Assembly: GCA_010093815.1 (NCBI GenBank)
Contig: ML996572.1
Direction: 5' to 3' (one strand)
From: Pseudovirgaria hyperparasitica
Lineage: Eukaryota
DNA length: 64,000 bases
Both the position numbers and the translations under genes were made by a program. This document shows, in pieces, positions 14,501-26,180 of the stretch; positions within the stretch are counted from its first letter, which is position 1; each line of letters starts with the position of its first letter. The notes under the pieces are model-generated. The model searched no databases and was not told where the DNA came from. It worked only from the letters and a program-made list of their open reading frames with translations.

Positions 14501-15174
14501 AGAATAGCCATGAGGCATTGGCTTACGAGAGCAGGATCCTTTGTATCTCTGGACTCGGCAACCGACGCTTTCGCCTTGTCTGCACGCGCAGAGAATGAGC
14601 TCAGAGACTCTCTATTGGCCTGCTCTAGGTATCTGGCGAGATTGGATCGAAAGTGAGGATTGACAAACTCGGCTTGTGGTACTTCTACTGCTCGACCCGG
14701 AAAGTCCCAAAGAAGAGCGCCTTTGCTTGCGAGGACATGGGTTGACTGCGGAGACAGCTCGAACACTTCAATGATGATATTCTGATTTTTTCCGTCACTG
14801 TGCGTCCCGTTAGGAAGGAGTTTGTAAACAAGTAGCGATCAAGAATACCTGTTGGGCTTGCTGATAATCAAAGCAGAATTTTGTTCTCGCAAGTGGTACA
14901 AAACCATTGAACCAGCGCCCGACTCTTCAAATGAATTGAGTACTTGATCAACGTCGAGATTACATTTCGACAGTTGCAGACTATGCTGTAGAGAGCTCGA
15001 GACGGTGGCCAAGGGCTCGGTGGGATGAGAACGTAGCAAGGCTTGAAGTGTAGTACAGGCATGGATGAGCCGTTCGAAAAGAGCGACCTCAGTTTCTTCC
15101 AGTCTCGGATCTTGATGATCGGGGAGTCTTGGCGGTAAGACAATATGGTTATACACAGTTTCGATCGAAGCCAT
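5510..15174 (-). CDS. Giant DUF3638/DUF3645-family protein (SF2 helicase-like P-loop ATPase), about 3151 aa, 5 exons
   Basis: Exons 15174-14849, 14797-8976, 8927-7119, 7065-6308 and 6250-5510 sum to 9456 nt and stay in frame; all four introns are GT...AG. Splicing builds the Walker A motif QLNMGRGKTS and KDHTVQAAMRLR. Also present: VLDESD, AVPFEAKGVPSEQSEFGHPD (DUF3645-type), GFSGT, HTRGVD, and the family-like N-terminus YNHIVLPPRLP. Confidence 0.88.
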
Positions 15175-16925
15175 TCTGATAAAGATAGAGAACTTGATAA
15201 GATAGACGAAGAAGAAGAATTGATGTAGAGAAGATCGTGAGAAGGTCGCGAGAATAGGATAGAAAACAAACAGCGGTGAAGGTTCGTTAGCAAGGATTGT
15301 TGGAGTCACTCCAAAACCAGCAGAGAAAATCTGCATGCAATTTGCGGCCTGACGGGAAGATACAGCGCCGAGGTATCACAAGAATGGGCATAAGCGAATG
15401 AAGACCAGTGATCTGCGAGGCAAACACTGGGGAGCGAATGCTGGTGCGTGATTAAAGCCACAGACGGGAAGAGAGGTGAAAGTGGATGACCTGACCTTGT
15501 AATATAACAAAGACTTTGTTTGAAGTTGATGCTTCGCATTTGGGAAGTGTAAGCTGACACGCTGATCGACCTGGGATCTGTAGAAAGCTCACCTCTTTGC
15601 AGTGCTCACTTCTGCTCCAGCACTCGACCATTGTATAACCATAAACGTTGCCATATATGTTCCGTTGTACTGTACTGATGTATCTTATTCTGCAGTGTTC
15701 ATCGTGTTGAAAACAAAAAGCTAGTTCATATGCTCAGTGTCAGAGTTGAGATTAGCAGTGAGAAGAAGGCTCATCGTCGAGCTTCTACCGCTGAAGGCTT
15801 CAAGATCCACCTCGAACAGACTGTTCCTACTCTGATAGTAGATAGAATACCAGAACACTGAGAATTGAAATTCAGAGCTGAGTGTCGCTGGACACTACGG
15901 CGCTGTTGCGACAAATACTAGAAGCAGCCTTTTGTCTAGAAAACACACATGGCGCAGTGATAAAGAAGAAACCTGAAACAAGGCTGAAGTACTTCTTTCG
16001 TCCATACTCCCCACACAGAAGTAGCAGCGCTCGTTCCTTCCTTCCTACCTTTCTTCCTTGCCACCTCACGTCACCTACCTAAGGTATATTTGCTCACAGC
16101 TAGGACTTTCCCGAGGTCTCGAAAGTGACTACTGAGAATACATCAAAGACAGCAAGTTGACCATATCTCACATGCCTTAAACTGCGCTCACTCGACAGCC
16201 CCCTCACCTCAGACTGCCATTTGTACTTGTCACACAAACTGGCAGGAGTCTAGCTGCAGCATCCGACAAGCCGAAACTTCCATTACGCATGAGAGAGCTA
16301 TTGCCTGGGTTTACCATATGCAAAGGTGTAGCAGCAGACGATTGTTTGATGGAGTGGAGAGGTGACCGTTATGGTTGTATACCCTCTTTGAGAGCAAATG
16401 GTTTGTTAGAACCTGGTTGATAAGTCGGGGCTTTAAGAGATGGTGAAAAGATTCGTGCTGGACGGGTGGTGGACGAGTGAGGGTGGTGGGCGGTGGGTTA
16501 GTTGGCTGAAGAGCCGCTCATGTTGCCAAGAAGAGTCCGGTCTGACTAGGAGAAGAAGATAATGGAAATTGAAGTCGTACCTTTGGCATTGAAGAGAAAT
16601 GCAATGTCTCAAGAGTAGAAAGAGACATGATCTTAGCAAGGAGAGCGAGACTCGAGAGTGATGTCACAAGGAAAGGTATCACGAAGAAGAAGAGAGAAGA
16701 CGACTTGGAGAGAAGAAGACGCAGAACTTTTGATTGAAGCGCACTATGCGCAAATGACAACGAGAACCGCAAGCAAACAGCAAAAAAGAAAAAGAAAAAC
16801 CCGGCAAAAGTCCAACGCAAACAAGCAACCACACCAAACAAACAACAGAAGAAAAGACACCCTGCAATGCATTTCAGTCCACCCAAGCTTCCGGCTCTTG
16901 CAATGACGCGACGACGACGAGGGCT

Positions 16926-18842
16926 CTACTCAAACTTGCGCGTGAAGTCATGCGAGTAGGTCTCCTTGGCCACTCGTCGCCGCTCGCCATTCTCACCTCG
17001 CTCCGTGCGGATGTACTCCTCCTGGACACGCGTGCCCACCGATCGTCCTTCAGCCCTGGCCTTCTGGGCCTCAACCGCCTTCGCAGCGGCTCTCTTCTGC
17101 TCGTCATCGTAGATGACTTGCGGGTTGTTCCAGCCAGAGAGCGCGGCGGACTGCGAGGGCGGCGGGCGGACGGCGGGCTTGGCTGAAGGCGGAGGCACCT
17201 TCTTGGCGGCGGAAGATGCGCCGGCGGGAGTCGAGGAGGCCAGTCCGTTCCGGGACTGGGCGTGGGCGTTCTTGCCGCGGCGCGAACGCTTTGGCTTTGG
17301 GGCCGGGGTGGAGGGTGCGGCGGGTGCGGCGGGTGCGCGTGAGGGCATCACCACATCGTCGAGCGCCCTGCCCTTACCTTTGTCCGCCTTACCTACAAAG
17401 GACCCCTTGCTAGGGGGCCCCGAGGAGTGGTGGGACGTCGGAGCCGGGGAGGGTGATGCGACGGAGTTGTGCTCCTCCTTACCTACGAAGGTCCCCTTGC
17501 TAGGGGGGCCCGAAGAGAGGCAGGAGCTTGGTGATGTTCCGGACGCGACACCGGACGCGGCAGCTTTCAGGGCAGCTGCGGCCCTTGCCTCCTTCGCGCG
17601 AAGGAACGGCGAACGGAGGTGTGGCGGGATGAACGCCGGCTTGACGGTGGTTGGAGTTGGCTTAGACTCCAGAGGTGCTTCAGGCACGTTGCCCTCGAGG
17701 GACAACGCGGGCACATCGTTGTCAGCGACCACGACAACGTGTGCGGAGGGCGGAGGCGAGGTGGCGAGAGGGAGACCGGGCGAGGCGGGGCGAGGCGAGG
17801 AGGGAGCAGGGGAAAGAGGTGCAGAGGGGACAGGTGAGAGGGGGAGAGGGAGAGTAGAGAGAGGAGAGGAGGGGACGGGCGCCGGCGAAGCTTCGACTTC
17901 TGGTGTCGAGAGTCGATGTTGTTGAAGGGCGGCGAGATCCGCCACCGTCCTCTGGAGCTGCTCCAGCTGTTCCTTCGTCGCGTCACCGGCCTTGACAGAG
18001 CCGGCGACGACTTCCTCTCGCAGGGCGTCGACCTGCCTGGAGGTTGACTTCTGGATTTCAGTGGAGCCAGCCTCCACTGCTTCTCTGACGCTTTGTCGAA
18101 GCGTTTCCGTCTGCGCGAGAGCAAGCTCGCGTGTGGCCTTCACCACGCCGCTCACTTGATCGTGCAGACGATCGAATTGAAGCTTTGTGGAGGCCGCTGC
18201 AAGGCCTCTCTCCTTCTTCATCTCCGCGACCAGAGCCTCCAGCTCTGACCGCTGCGTGTCCATCTGCGCAGTCTGCCTGCCCAGCTGATCTGCCTGACGA
18301 TCCAGGCGGGCGACCAACTCGTTCTCTCTGAGGACGCTGCTCCGAAGCAGCGTGAGGGAGAAAATCGATATGGCGAGAAGGGTCGCCGATCCCAGAGCCA
18401 TCATCACGGTGACGTGAGAGGATGAAATGGCTGGCTCTGGTTGCTGGGCCAGCACCGCATGGGCGGGAAGGGGATTTGCGGTGGGAGGGGGTGGTGCGAG
18501 GTTGACTCCGGTTTGACGGCGAACCGTCGTGGCCTGGGCGGAGGTAGCGTTGCCATTGACGATGGCTGTCACGCTGATTGAGATGCTCTCACCGCAGAGC
18601 ATGCCATAGATGCATGAAGATGGGGATTTGCCATCTATGGCACAGCTCTGAAACTTGCGGCCAATTCCTTGCATGTACTGCACTGTCTCGCTGGGCAGCT
18701 TAACGATAGCCGCATCTTGATAGAACGCTGCGACTTGAGGAAACTGATTGTGCACAGCTACACCGGTTCCGACGGCAACAGTTCCACCCACTACCGCTGT
18801 GGCAAGGGCTTTCGCCCACAACCCAAGATCCGACCAGTGCAT
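16926..18842 (-). CDS. Hypothetical membrane protein (638 aa): two hydrophobic segments, coiled coil, Pro/Ser/Ala-rich tail
   Basis: Long uninterrupted ORF. A canonical 5'-UTR intron at 18904..18852 (GTATGT...GCTAAC...CAG) places the start at ATG 18842 (MHWSDLG). Hydrophobic stretches ALATAVVGGTVAVGTGVAV and VTVMMALGSATLLAISIFSLTLL are followed by a heptad-like region. Confidence 0.7.
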   Translation of the reverse strand: MHWSDLGLWAKALATAVVGGTVAVGTGVAVHNQFPQVAAFYQDAAIVKLPSETVQYMQGIGRKFQSCAIDGKSPSSCIYGMLCGESISISVTAIVNGNATSAQATTVRRQTGVNLAPPPPTANPLPAHAVLAQQPEPAISSSHVTVMMALGSATLLAISIFSLTLLRSSVLRENELVARLDRQADQLGRQTAQMDTQRSELEALVAEMKKERGLAAASTKLQFDRLHDQVSGVVKATRELALAQTETLRQSVREAVEAGSTEIQKSTSRQVDALREEVVAGSVKAGDATKEQLEQLQRTVADLAALQQHRLSTPEVEASPAPVPSSPLSTLPLPLSPVPSAPLSPAPSSPRPASPGLPLATSPPPSAHVVVVADNDVPALSLEGNVPEAPLESKPTPTTVKPAFIPPHLRSPFLRAKEARAAAALKAAASGVASGTSPSSCLSSGPPSKGTFVGKEEHNSVASPSPAPTSHHSSGPPSKGSFVGKADKGKGRALDDVVMPSRAPAAPAAPSTPAPKPKRSRRGKNAHAQSRNGLASSTPAGASSAAKKVPPPSAKPAVRPPPSQSAALSGWNNPQVIYDDEQKRAAAKAVEAQKARAEGRSVGTRVQEEYIRTERGENGERRRVAKETYSHDFTRKFE

Positions 18843-21742
18843 CTCGGGATGCTGGAATGTTTCGTTAGCTGGGTTCTGTATACACGACAGAGTAAATGAC
18901 ATACCTTGGCCGGACGGGTGTGAGCTTTCAGAGCTTTCAATCAAGCGAGACTCCAGAGCTTGACAAAGCGGAGATTTGAGCCTTTCAATGAAATAGGAGA
19001 TATGGTCAAACTAGAGTGAGACGATCTCTGTGATTGTAGGGTTTGAGGTAGGTGTGAAGGTTGGCAAAGAAGAAGCTCAGGGTAAGTAAGAGTTGGAAAC
19101 TTGTTCGATGTTGTGGTATAGAGGAAGATGGTTTTAGCATGAAGAAGAGATGGTTGTAGCTGGCGGGGGAGCGGCGGTATAAATACCCTGGGGCACGGGC
19201 CGCAAGAAAATTCTGCATCGACCAGTCATCCCATTTAGTCGGCGATGACGTGTAAGATTATAGATAAGAAGTGAAAGTGAATCGTTAAACGAGTGTTGAG
19301 CGCTATTATATGGCAGTTTCGGCTGTGTAAACAATGTCAGTTCACGCGAAAGGGGCCGTGCGCGAGACTACGACAGGGATCAGCCGGGTTGACAGCGGTG
19401 TGGCTATCAGAATTGCGTAACCGATTCCTCTTGTACGACTTCCGGGGTTTAGCCATGACGTTTCGATGCCCGTGATGAGCAAATTAGGCAAAGCGATACC
19501 CGGGAATTGCGATGGATTGGAAAGCAATTGATGGAAGTGAAAAGCTGTGAAAGAGCCAAGAACACTCTTGTGCCGCAGCATCGAAAAGGTCGCGGACATC
19601 AGGGAGCAGTGATGAACATGAGCAAAGATTAGATGCGGAAATGGCTGAGCATGTAGCTGACAGTGAAATAAAAATGGCGACCAGTGAGAGAATATGTCCA
19701 GTAAAGATCAAGAAATATTTTATAGACTAAAAGAGAAATCCCGGGTAGTAATGAGAACGGTATACAGTTCGAGAAGAACAAGCGCTTATGCCTCTTGCGC
19801 AAGAGAAATTAACTTGACGATAGATACTGATGTTTGAGAGATTACGTGACGCTGTCCTGGATAGTATAAAACTGAGAGTATCCCCTGACTCTTGATAATA
19901 CCACTCCGGAGGCATCGACTGTCCAAGGGCGACATGGTCATGGCCACGGGTATGCACTGGATAATCCTGTCAATTTCGAACAGTACTTGTGAATGCCGCA
20001 GATGCGCATCCAAGCTGATGACAGCTAGCGACCTCATACTTTCTCCAAAGAAGCGACATAGTTTCAAGGACCTCGGAGCATGAACTCTGGGGATCAGTTT
20101 GTGGTCGATGGCCAGTCAGGACGCTCAATTTTCCCCCAAAGAGATGTCAATGAAGGAGCAGGTATGCTATGAAGTGGCAATAAAAAAATGAAAATTGACG
20201 CCATTGCAACTCGCAGCAGCTGATGAACCAAAAAAAATCGAGCATAGTTATGCGTAAGGCAGCTTTCATTTAACTCTGCTCTTGCTGAATGCTTGGCCAT
20301 TGCAAAGCCCCCATTGCCATGCGCAAAACGTGGGCAGGAGAGGACGTGAAAGTTACCGCAAGCATGCGGAGTCGCGTCAGAGCAGACTTGTTGATACTAT
20401 ACTAATGGAGGACCAGTCCTAAGACTTCCATCGTCACGACTGCTTCAAACTTACGTCTCGGGCGGATGTTGATGGCAGACAAGGGAGGAGCAGCCTCGAC
20501 AGAGCGATGCTGAGAATGCTAGTTGTGACAATTATATTGCGAAGCATCCACCGCGATATGAGTTTCGAAAGAAGAGTCGATCATGTACCTATGTCGATGT
20601 TGTCGTCTTCGGTCAGCATGTTCGGCGAGCGTGCGCAGGGTGTGATGAGATCGGACGCCCAAGCCCAGCGGTGGAATTGTACTAGAGGGAGAGGGTAGGG
20701 AGGCCACGGCATACAAAGAGATGGACGAGATGGCAGAAATGAGGTTGGAGTTGAGTCACTTGTGTGGAAAGAGAGGAGACTTGACGTTGACGTCTGAGTG
20801 TACTGTTGCCTCAGGCAGAAGCTACCAGGCTAGTGCCTTTTCTGGCTAGCACCATCCTCTCCGCATCTCAGACGTTTCTCGATCGGTCTTGTTGTCGTCC
20901 AACCTCCTCACTCGTCCATCTAGCCCAAAATGCCCATTCAGGCCACAAGGTACCCGCAATTTGTGGACATGCATCTGGGCCCAGTCAACATGAGAGTTGC
21001 AGTCTGAAACGATACTGTACTCGTCCGTGAAGCTTAAAAAGTGTTGAGACGCTGACCATTGCTTCAAAGAACCCGAACCGAGGCGCTTTAATTGACTTTG
21101 ACACGATACTGAGTATTGATATATCGACTGAAGTCACGCATGGCCTGCGACAAGCCCTGACTAGAGCTATTAAAGTTGCCCTCCCGTTCTACGACCCAGA
21201 CCTGCAGCAGGGGAACGCACCATCGGAGGAGAAGCCCGGAGATCAAGAATCCCGGAGATTTTGCAGATCCAGCGCATCGAAGTCACTGCCTCACAAAGTC
21301 AAGTTGCCATCCCGCCAGGAGTGTCAAAAACAGGACTGCGCTCGCCACTCTCTAGCAACATGGATGTTTGTCTGGGTTCCTGGCCCTGGGCCTGGATGTG
21401 TCAATACGCCACAAGGAGCGCTATCATTGAAGATGGAAGATGCCGATCAGGTTGACCAACACTTTGACAGCGTTTCCATGCATCAGATCCGGCATTGTAC
21501 CCAGTTTGGCTGTAGATACAGCACCATTACTGGCCAGTATAGCCTGCCTCGGCTGCTTTCCCCAGCACTCGCGTGGCGTCCACAAAATAGTGACACCAAC
21601 TGTGGGGTCCCCGCAAATAGCCAAGACGCTACCATGATTCAATATCGTAGCTAGGGCTGTTCAAGAGTTTGTGATGTAGGTCTGGGCTTCTGCTGTGCCT
21701 TGAGGTTCATTTCGTCGCGGATACACCGAGGTACTCGTTGGG

Positions 21743-21750
21743 TATATAAA
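21743..21750 (+). promoter_or_regulatory. TATA box of the CFEM gene
   Basis: TATATAAA about 130 nt upstream of ATG 21876, followed by a C/A-rich leader and a CAAAATG start context. Confidence 0.6.
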
Positions 21751-21875
21751 GGGCATAGGGGTTCGACAACTTCCTGCAAAGCACAAGTCCATCCATCAAA
21801 CTTTCCCATCTTGATTCACCGGCCCAACCAATTCCAAACAAACGGACATCACTAAGTCATACATACTCTATCAAA

Positions 21876-22504
21876 ATGAAGGCTACGTTCGTACTTGCCG
21901 CTCTCGCTGTCGCCGTTGCTGGCCAGACCACTGCTGATATCCCTTCCTGTGCTGTAAGTCATAACCACTATGCATCTTACACTTCAATTGACACCATATA
22001 ACAGCTGCAATGTCTCGCCACTTCCATCACAGGCGCCGGCTGCTCTGTTGAAGACCAGGCCTGCAGCTGTGAGAAGACGGATGCCATCACCACCACTGCC
22101 ACACCTTGTGTGCTTGCCGCATGCTCTATCGATGATGCCCTTAGTACGTGTTCTCCCTTCTCCACTATTGTGTTGATATCTGGCTTAAGCCTTGTTCAAA
22201 CCATCCTAACATCAGCTCAGAGACCCAGCAAGTCACCCAGGCCATCTGCGCCAACCTGTCCAACGGTGGTGGCCAGTCCTCCGCCGCGCCCTCTGCCCCA
22301 GCTTCATCCGAAGCACCAGCACCATCCGAGGCACCATCGTCAGAGGAAACACCTGCACCCACTCCTACTCCTACGCCTACCCCCACTGGATCTGATGAGG
22401 AGCCCACTCCCACTTCGACTCCACCAACTTACACCGGTGCGGCTGCTCGCTACGGCGCAAACATCGCTGCCGGTGTCCTGGCTGTCGGTGCCGCTATGCT
22501 GTAG
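21876..22504 (+). CDS. GPI-anchored CFEM-domain cell-surface protein (3 exons)
   Basis: Signal peptide MKATFVLAALAVAVAG. Introns 21954-22004 and 22144-22220. The spliced product has the 8-Cys CFEM pattern IPSCALQCL...GCSVEDQACSC...TPCVLAAC...AIC, a Ser/Pro/Thr stalk and a GPI signal (YTGAAARYGANIAAGVLAVGAAML). Confidence 0.93.
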
Positions 22505-23089
22505 ATGAAGGTTTTAGAAGCTGCTCGTTGATCGGGGATGGCTTATACGATGTAATACGACCATATCGCAGGAATTTAATGCAGATGAATGAATGGAAGT
22601 AATTGGACATGACACCTGCTTTTTGTTCTGAATGACTCGTATATCACTTTTTCTGTTTTGTGATCTGACCTATACCCTCCCCCATGCACACTCCCTGATC
22701 TCTGCACATCCCGAACTTGGCCCTCTGTACATGTGCGAGCCTTTCACGCACCATCTTCCTTTCTCGAGCTTGAAGCTGTAGAAGTTTCCTACCCCCTGTC
22801 GAGATACACAATGCGAAAAGAGGGGGAAAAAAACCTATTCCAACGTATTCCACTGAATTCCAGTACCGCAACGCCCACATCCATCTCTCAACACCACACA
22901 TAGTCCTCCACGTCATTCTCTTCATCTCCTATATTCAGATAATGCACTTGTACCCATAACTCTCTCACTCTCTTCCAAGCATACCATAACTTTTAATAAG
23001 ATTTACTACAAAACCGGAATGATTACAGGGGCAATCTTTATGATCTTAAATATCAAATTTCAAGATTGTAGAGGTGGCATAAAATACGC

Positions 23090-24619
23090 CTAGGGAAGCC
23101 TCCGCCATATACTAACCTTTATCCTTTTTTCCGTCTTATCACGAGGTCTTTTTGGTCCTTCGTCTTGCCTTGCTGTGAAAATGATCGGTTCTATTGGATG
23201 CCTCCACACGAGATCTTTTTCGTATCTCCAAAAGATCGGATCCTTTAGAAAAACAGCAATTTTGATAGGGAATGGTCCCCAGCAGCTGGACGAGACTGCA
23301 AATGGTCGCCTTTGAATCGTTCTCTGTCCATCAGCAAAACTGGCATGCTATAAAATAGTTATTTCGTGCAGCGAAGTATTAGACAGTTCACATACTAGGA
23401 AGAACTTTACTTGCTCGATTTCTAAAGCTTCATCATCGCAACGTACGTGGGCATGCCACATGTACTGATTTCGGTCGACGCAATGACGTTTTTCAAATGT
23501 ATTAGCATACGCCAGAGTGATCTCGCGTGTAAAAGAACGTTCAGAGGTTTGAGCTAGTGTTCTAGCAGAGCTGAAGCTACAAAACGTTGCCGCAGAGGGT
23601 AAAAGAATGTCGATTGTCTGACAGACTGATTCCGCAGATGGTCGATAGTCGGCTTCCGTGCTAAGCATCTTCCGGACCTCCGTTGCCACAAATATGTAGT
23701 CTCCCTCTGGGGGTTCCCACTGCGATTCAAACCATGTAAATATGTTCTCAACATTAGCATGATAGGAGTGATCCGCGTTTCCTCGAAAAGCTTCCTTTTG
23801 CCCCTCAGGACTTAACCCACTACAAGAAGCCAGCATGTCGAGGAAAAGGCTCCCTAGGGAAAAGATATCGGCGTAAAGGGTGACACCCGTCAGGCCAGGC
23901 CGAATAATTTCAGGAGCAAAGTAAGACGAGACTCCGCGTAAACTATCCCCGGGTTGATCTGGTGTGCCTTCGGAATCATCGGACATCATTCCGAACCCAG
24001 TGACCCACAGCTTGTTGTCTTGTCCAAGGAGGATGTTCACTGGTGCAAGGCGCCCGTGCCGAATGCCGTTGTAATGAAGGTAAGCGACGGCTCTTGAGAT
24101 ACAGCCAAGACTCCCCATACATATCCTCAAGTACATGTCGCGCATGGCTTTCGTAGTCAAATCAGTTCCATTGTGGCCGAGTGAGGTTAGGGTTCCTTTG
24201 TCGTTCGCTGTGTCATCTTTGCTGGGCCTGTATTTAGGCAAGGACAGACGATCAATCTTCTTCAAGACAGTGGCAAGGTCACAAGTGGCTGCCACGGGGT
24301 CAAACAGAAGTCCGAAAGTGGAATCCCAAGCGTAAGATCCTCTGAGGCGTACTAGGTGAGAATGGTTCAGCATCTTCAATTTTTTGAACTCCTTTGCTGC
24401 GGCTTCGCTTTCTTCCCTCGTGATGATAGTTTTGGAGGGACGTTTCTTCTTCAAAACCAGGAGCTTCCCAGAGTATTTGAATTTGTATGAGTCACCATCG
24501 TACCTCTGCTCGTCGAAGGTAGCAAACTGTTGAATTGGGTCCTCCTGTTTAGACTCCCGAAAGAGATGTGACTCCCCTGCACCTGACCATTTCCAGTCAT
24601 CAAGATGAAAAGCGGCCAT
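23090..24619 (-). CDS. Fungal protein-kinase-like (probable pseudokinase) fused to a C-terminal YEATS-like domain (2 exons)
   Basis: Kinase subdomains LNHSHLVRLRGSY, AVAYLH..IRHGRLAPVNILL, YFAPE, ADIFSLG and YRPSA. Intron 23395..23348 (GTATGT...TAG) joins IEQVKFFL to HASFADGQRTIQRRPFAVSSSCWGPFPIKIAVFLK. Stop TAG at 23090-23092. Confidence 0.8.
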
Positions 24620-25104
24620 AGGTTCTTCCTATAAAATCGCACTCTTTGTATGAGTTTGCCGTAGAGAGTGCAAAGCTGAACGCCGACGCCACTAATACTG
24701 ACCGATCAAGAGATATCTAGATTGTCTCGACCAAGCATAAGGTTTGGCGTTAGTGTTGATGGCTATGGCAGTCTCGCTGGAAGTATTTAAAAATTGTTCA
24801 ATGGCGTGAGAAAAGATTCAACGCTTTGCTATCGCTCGGGGCATTCGAGACGACGAGGCGACGCGGAGAAAGTTAAGTAACAATGCCAAGCTCCTCACCG
24901 GTTTACCATCTGCATGGTGGAGTGGAGTGAGTCCTGCAGATAGCTCTCATCTCAGTGGTCGATCGCAAGGAATTCATTGAAAGTGGTGTACCCGATCATT
25001 GGATAGACACTCTTATCTGTATGAGTCATTCGTATTATCCATGTGCAGGCTTCCTCTAGGCGGCAAGGCAGACACGACCTCGTGAAGCATGGCTTACTCA
25101 ACGT

Positions 25105-25700
25105 TTTCAATTAACCTCGATAAAATATATATAATCTAATCCTCAAGTAGAATAAGCTAATCTATTTATTCTAGAGAGTAGTCTAATAAACATTTAAAGA
25201 AAATAGAATAGACTCTATAGTAGTATAATAAGAACTATACTAATTTATTACATATAATAATCTTTTATCTAGTATAATATATACTAGGACTCTATCTCTA
25301 GAACTACTAGAATATAATATAATAACTAGTTTAAGAAGAATATATTTTCTTCTTTACTCTTAAAAAGCTATATCTATTAGCTCTTTCTATAACTTAAGTA
25401 AGATAGTATAGATATAAAAGAGATAGAGAGAAGACGTAGAAGAGTATATACTATATTATATACTCTATCGGATTGCTTATCTAGGGGGGATTCTTATACT
25501 TAACTCTACTTTAAAATATATTTAAGTATAACTTCTAGTTATATGTTATTCCATGTAAGGGATAAATAGTATATATAGAATAAATTAGAAGTTATAGATA
25601 CTTAGTATTCGTTACTATATAGTACTATCCTAGGTAGAAAGCTACCATGTACGTGTATTAATTTTAAATAAGTATCTATCTATCTGGATTAGTTATACTA
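25105..25700. repeat. AT-rich tract, probably a RIP-degenerated repeat or transposon relic
   Basis: Abrupt drop in GC, with abundant TpA/TAG/CTA and visibly few CpA/TpG. No ORFs in the track. Confidence 0.75.
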
Positions 25701-25982
25701 CTACGTAAAGCTCGCGTATTCTTGCCCTCTCTTTCTCTCTCTCCCTCGGCCTCTTTATACATATACTATATCACACCAATCATATAAAGTCCCACATCAT
25801 ACACCCTATACACCAATCATATCGTCACCTCATATACATACATACACATACCCCAACCCCACCTACCAAGCCTAAGCACGCCCACCGCCAATCCATCCAC
25901 CTAGCAGCCAGCCCGTCAGAGACTCGAGCCTTATCAGGATAACCCACATACATATGCAAGACAGCATCAATCAATCAGATAC

Positions 25983-26180
25983 CATACATACATACATACA
26001 TACATACATACATACATACATACATACATACATACATACATACATACATACATACATACATACATACATACATACATNNNNNNNNNNACATACATACATA
26101 CATACATACATACATACATACATACATACATACATACATACATACATACATACATACATACATACATACATACATACATA
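25983..26180. repeat. (CATA)n microsatellite spanning a 10-N assembly gap (26078-26087)
   Basis: Direct tandem CATA units on both sides of the N run. Confidence 0.98.

Noticed and set aside
17113..17925. 270-aa plus-strand ORF
   Set aside because: Antisense shadow of the GC-rich minus-strand gene; stop codons are rare at this composition.
19484..19711. Short ORF with a signal-peptide-like start and Cys residues
   Set aside because: It begins with TTG, not ATG, has no family resemblance, and its TATA-like element is too close to the start.
21759..21770. GGTTCGA T-loop-like motif suggesting a tRNA
   Set aside because: No acceptor, D or anticodon stems around it; it lies in the CFEM promoter.
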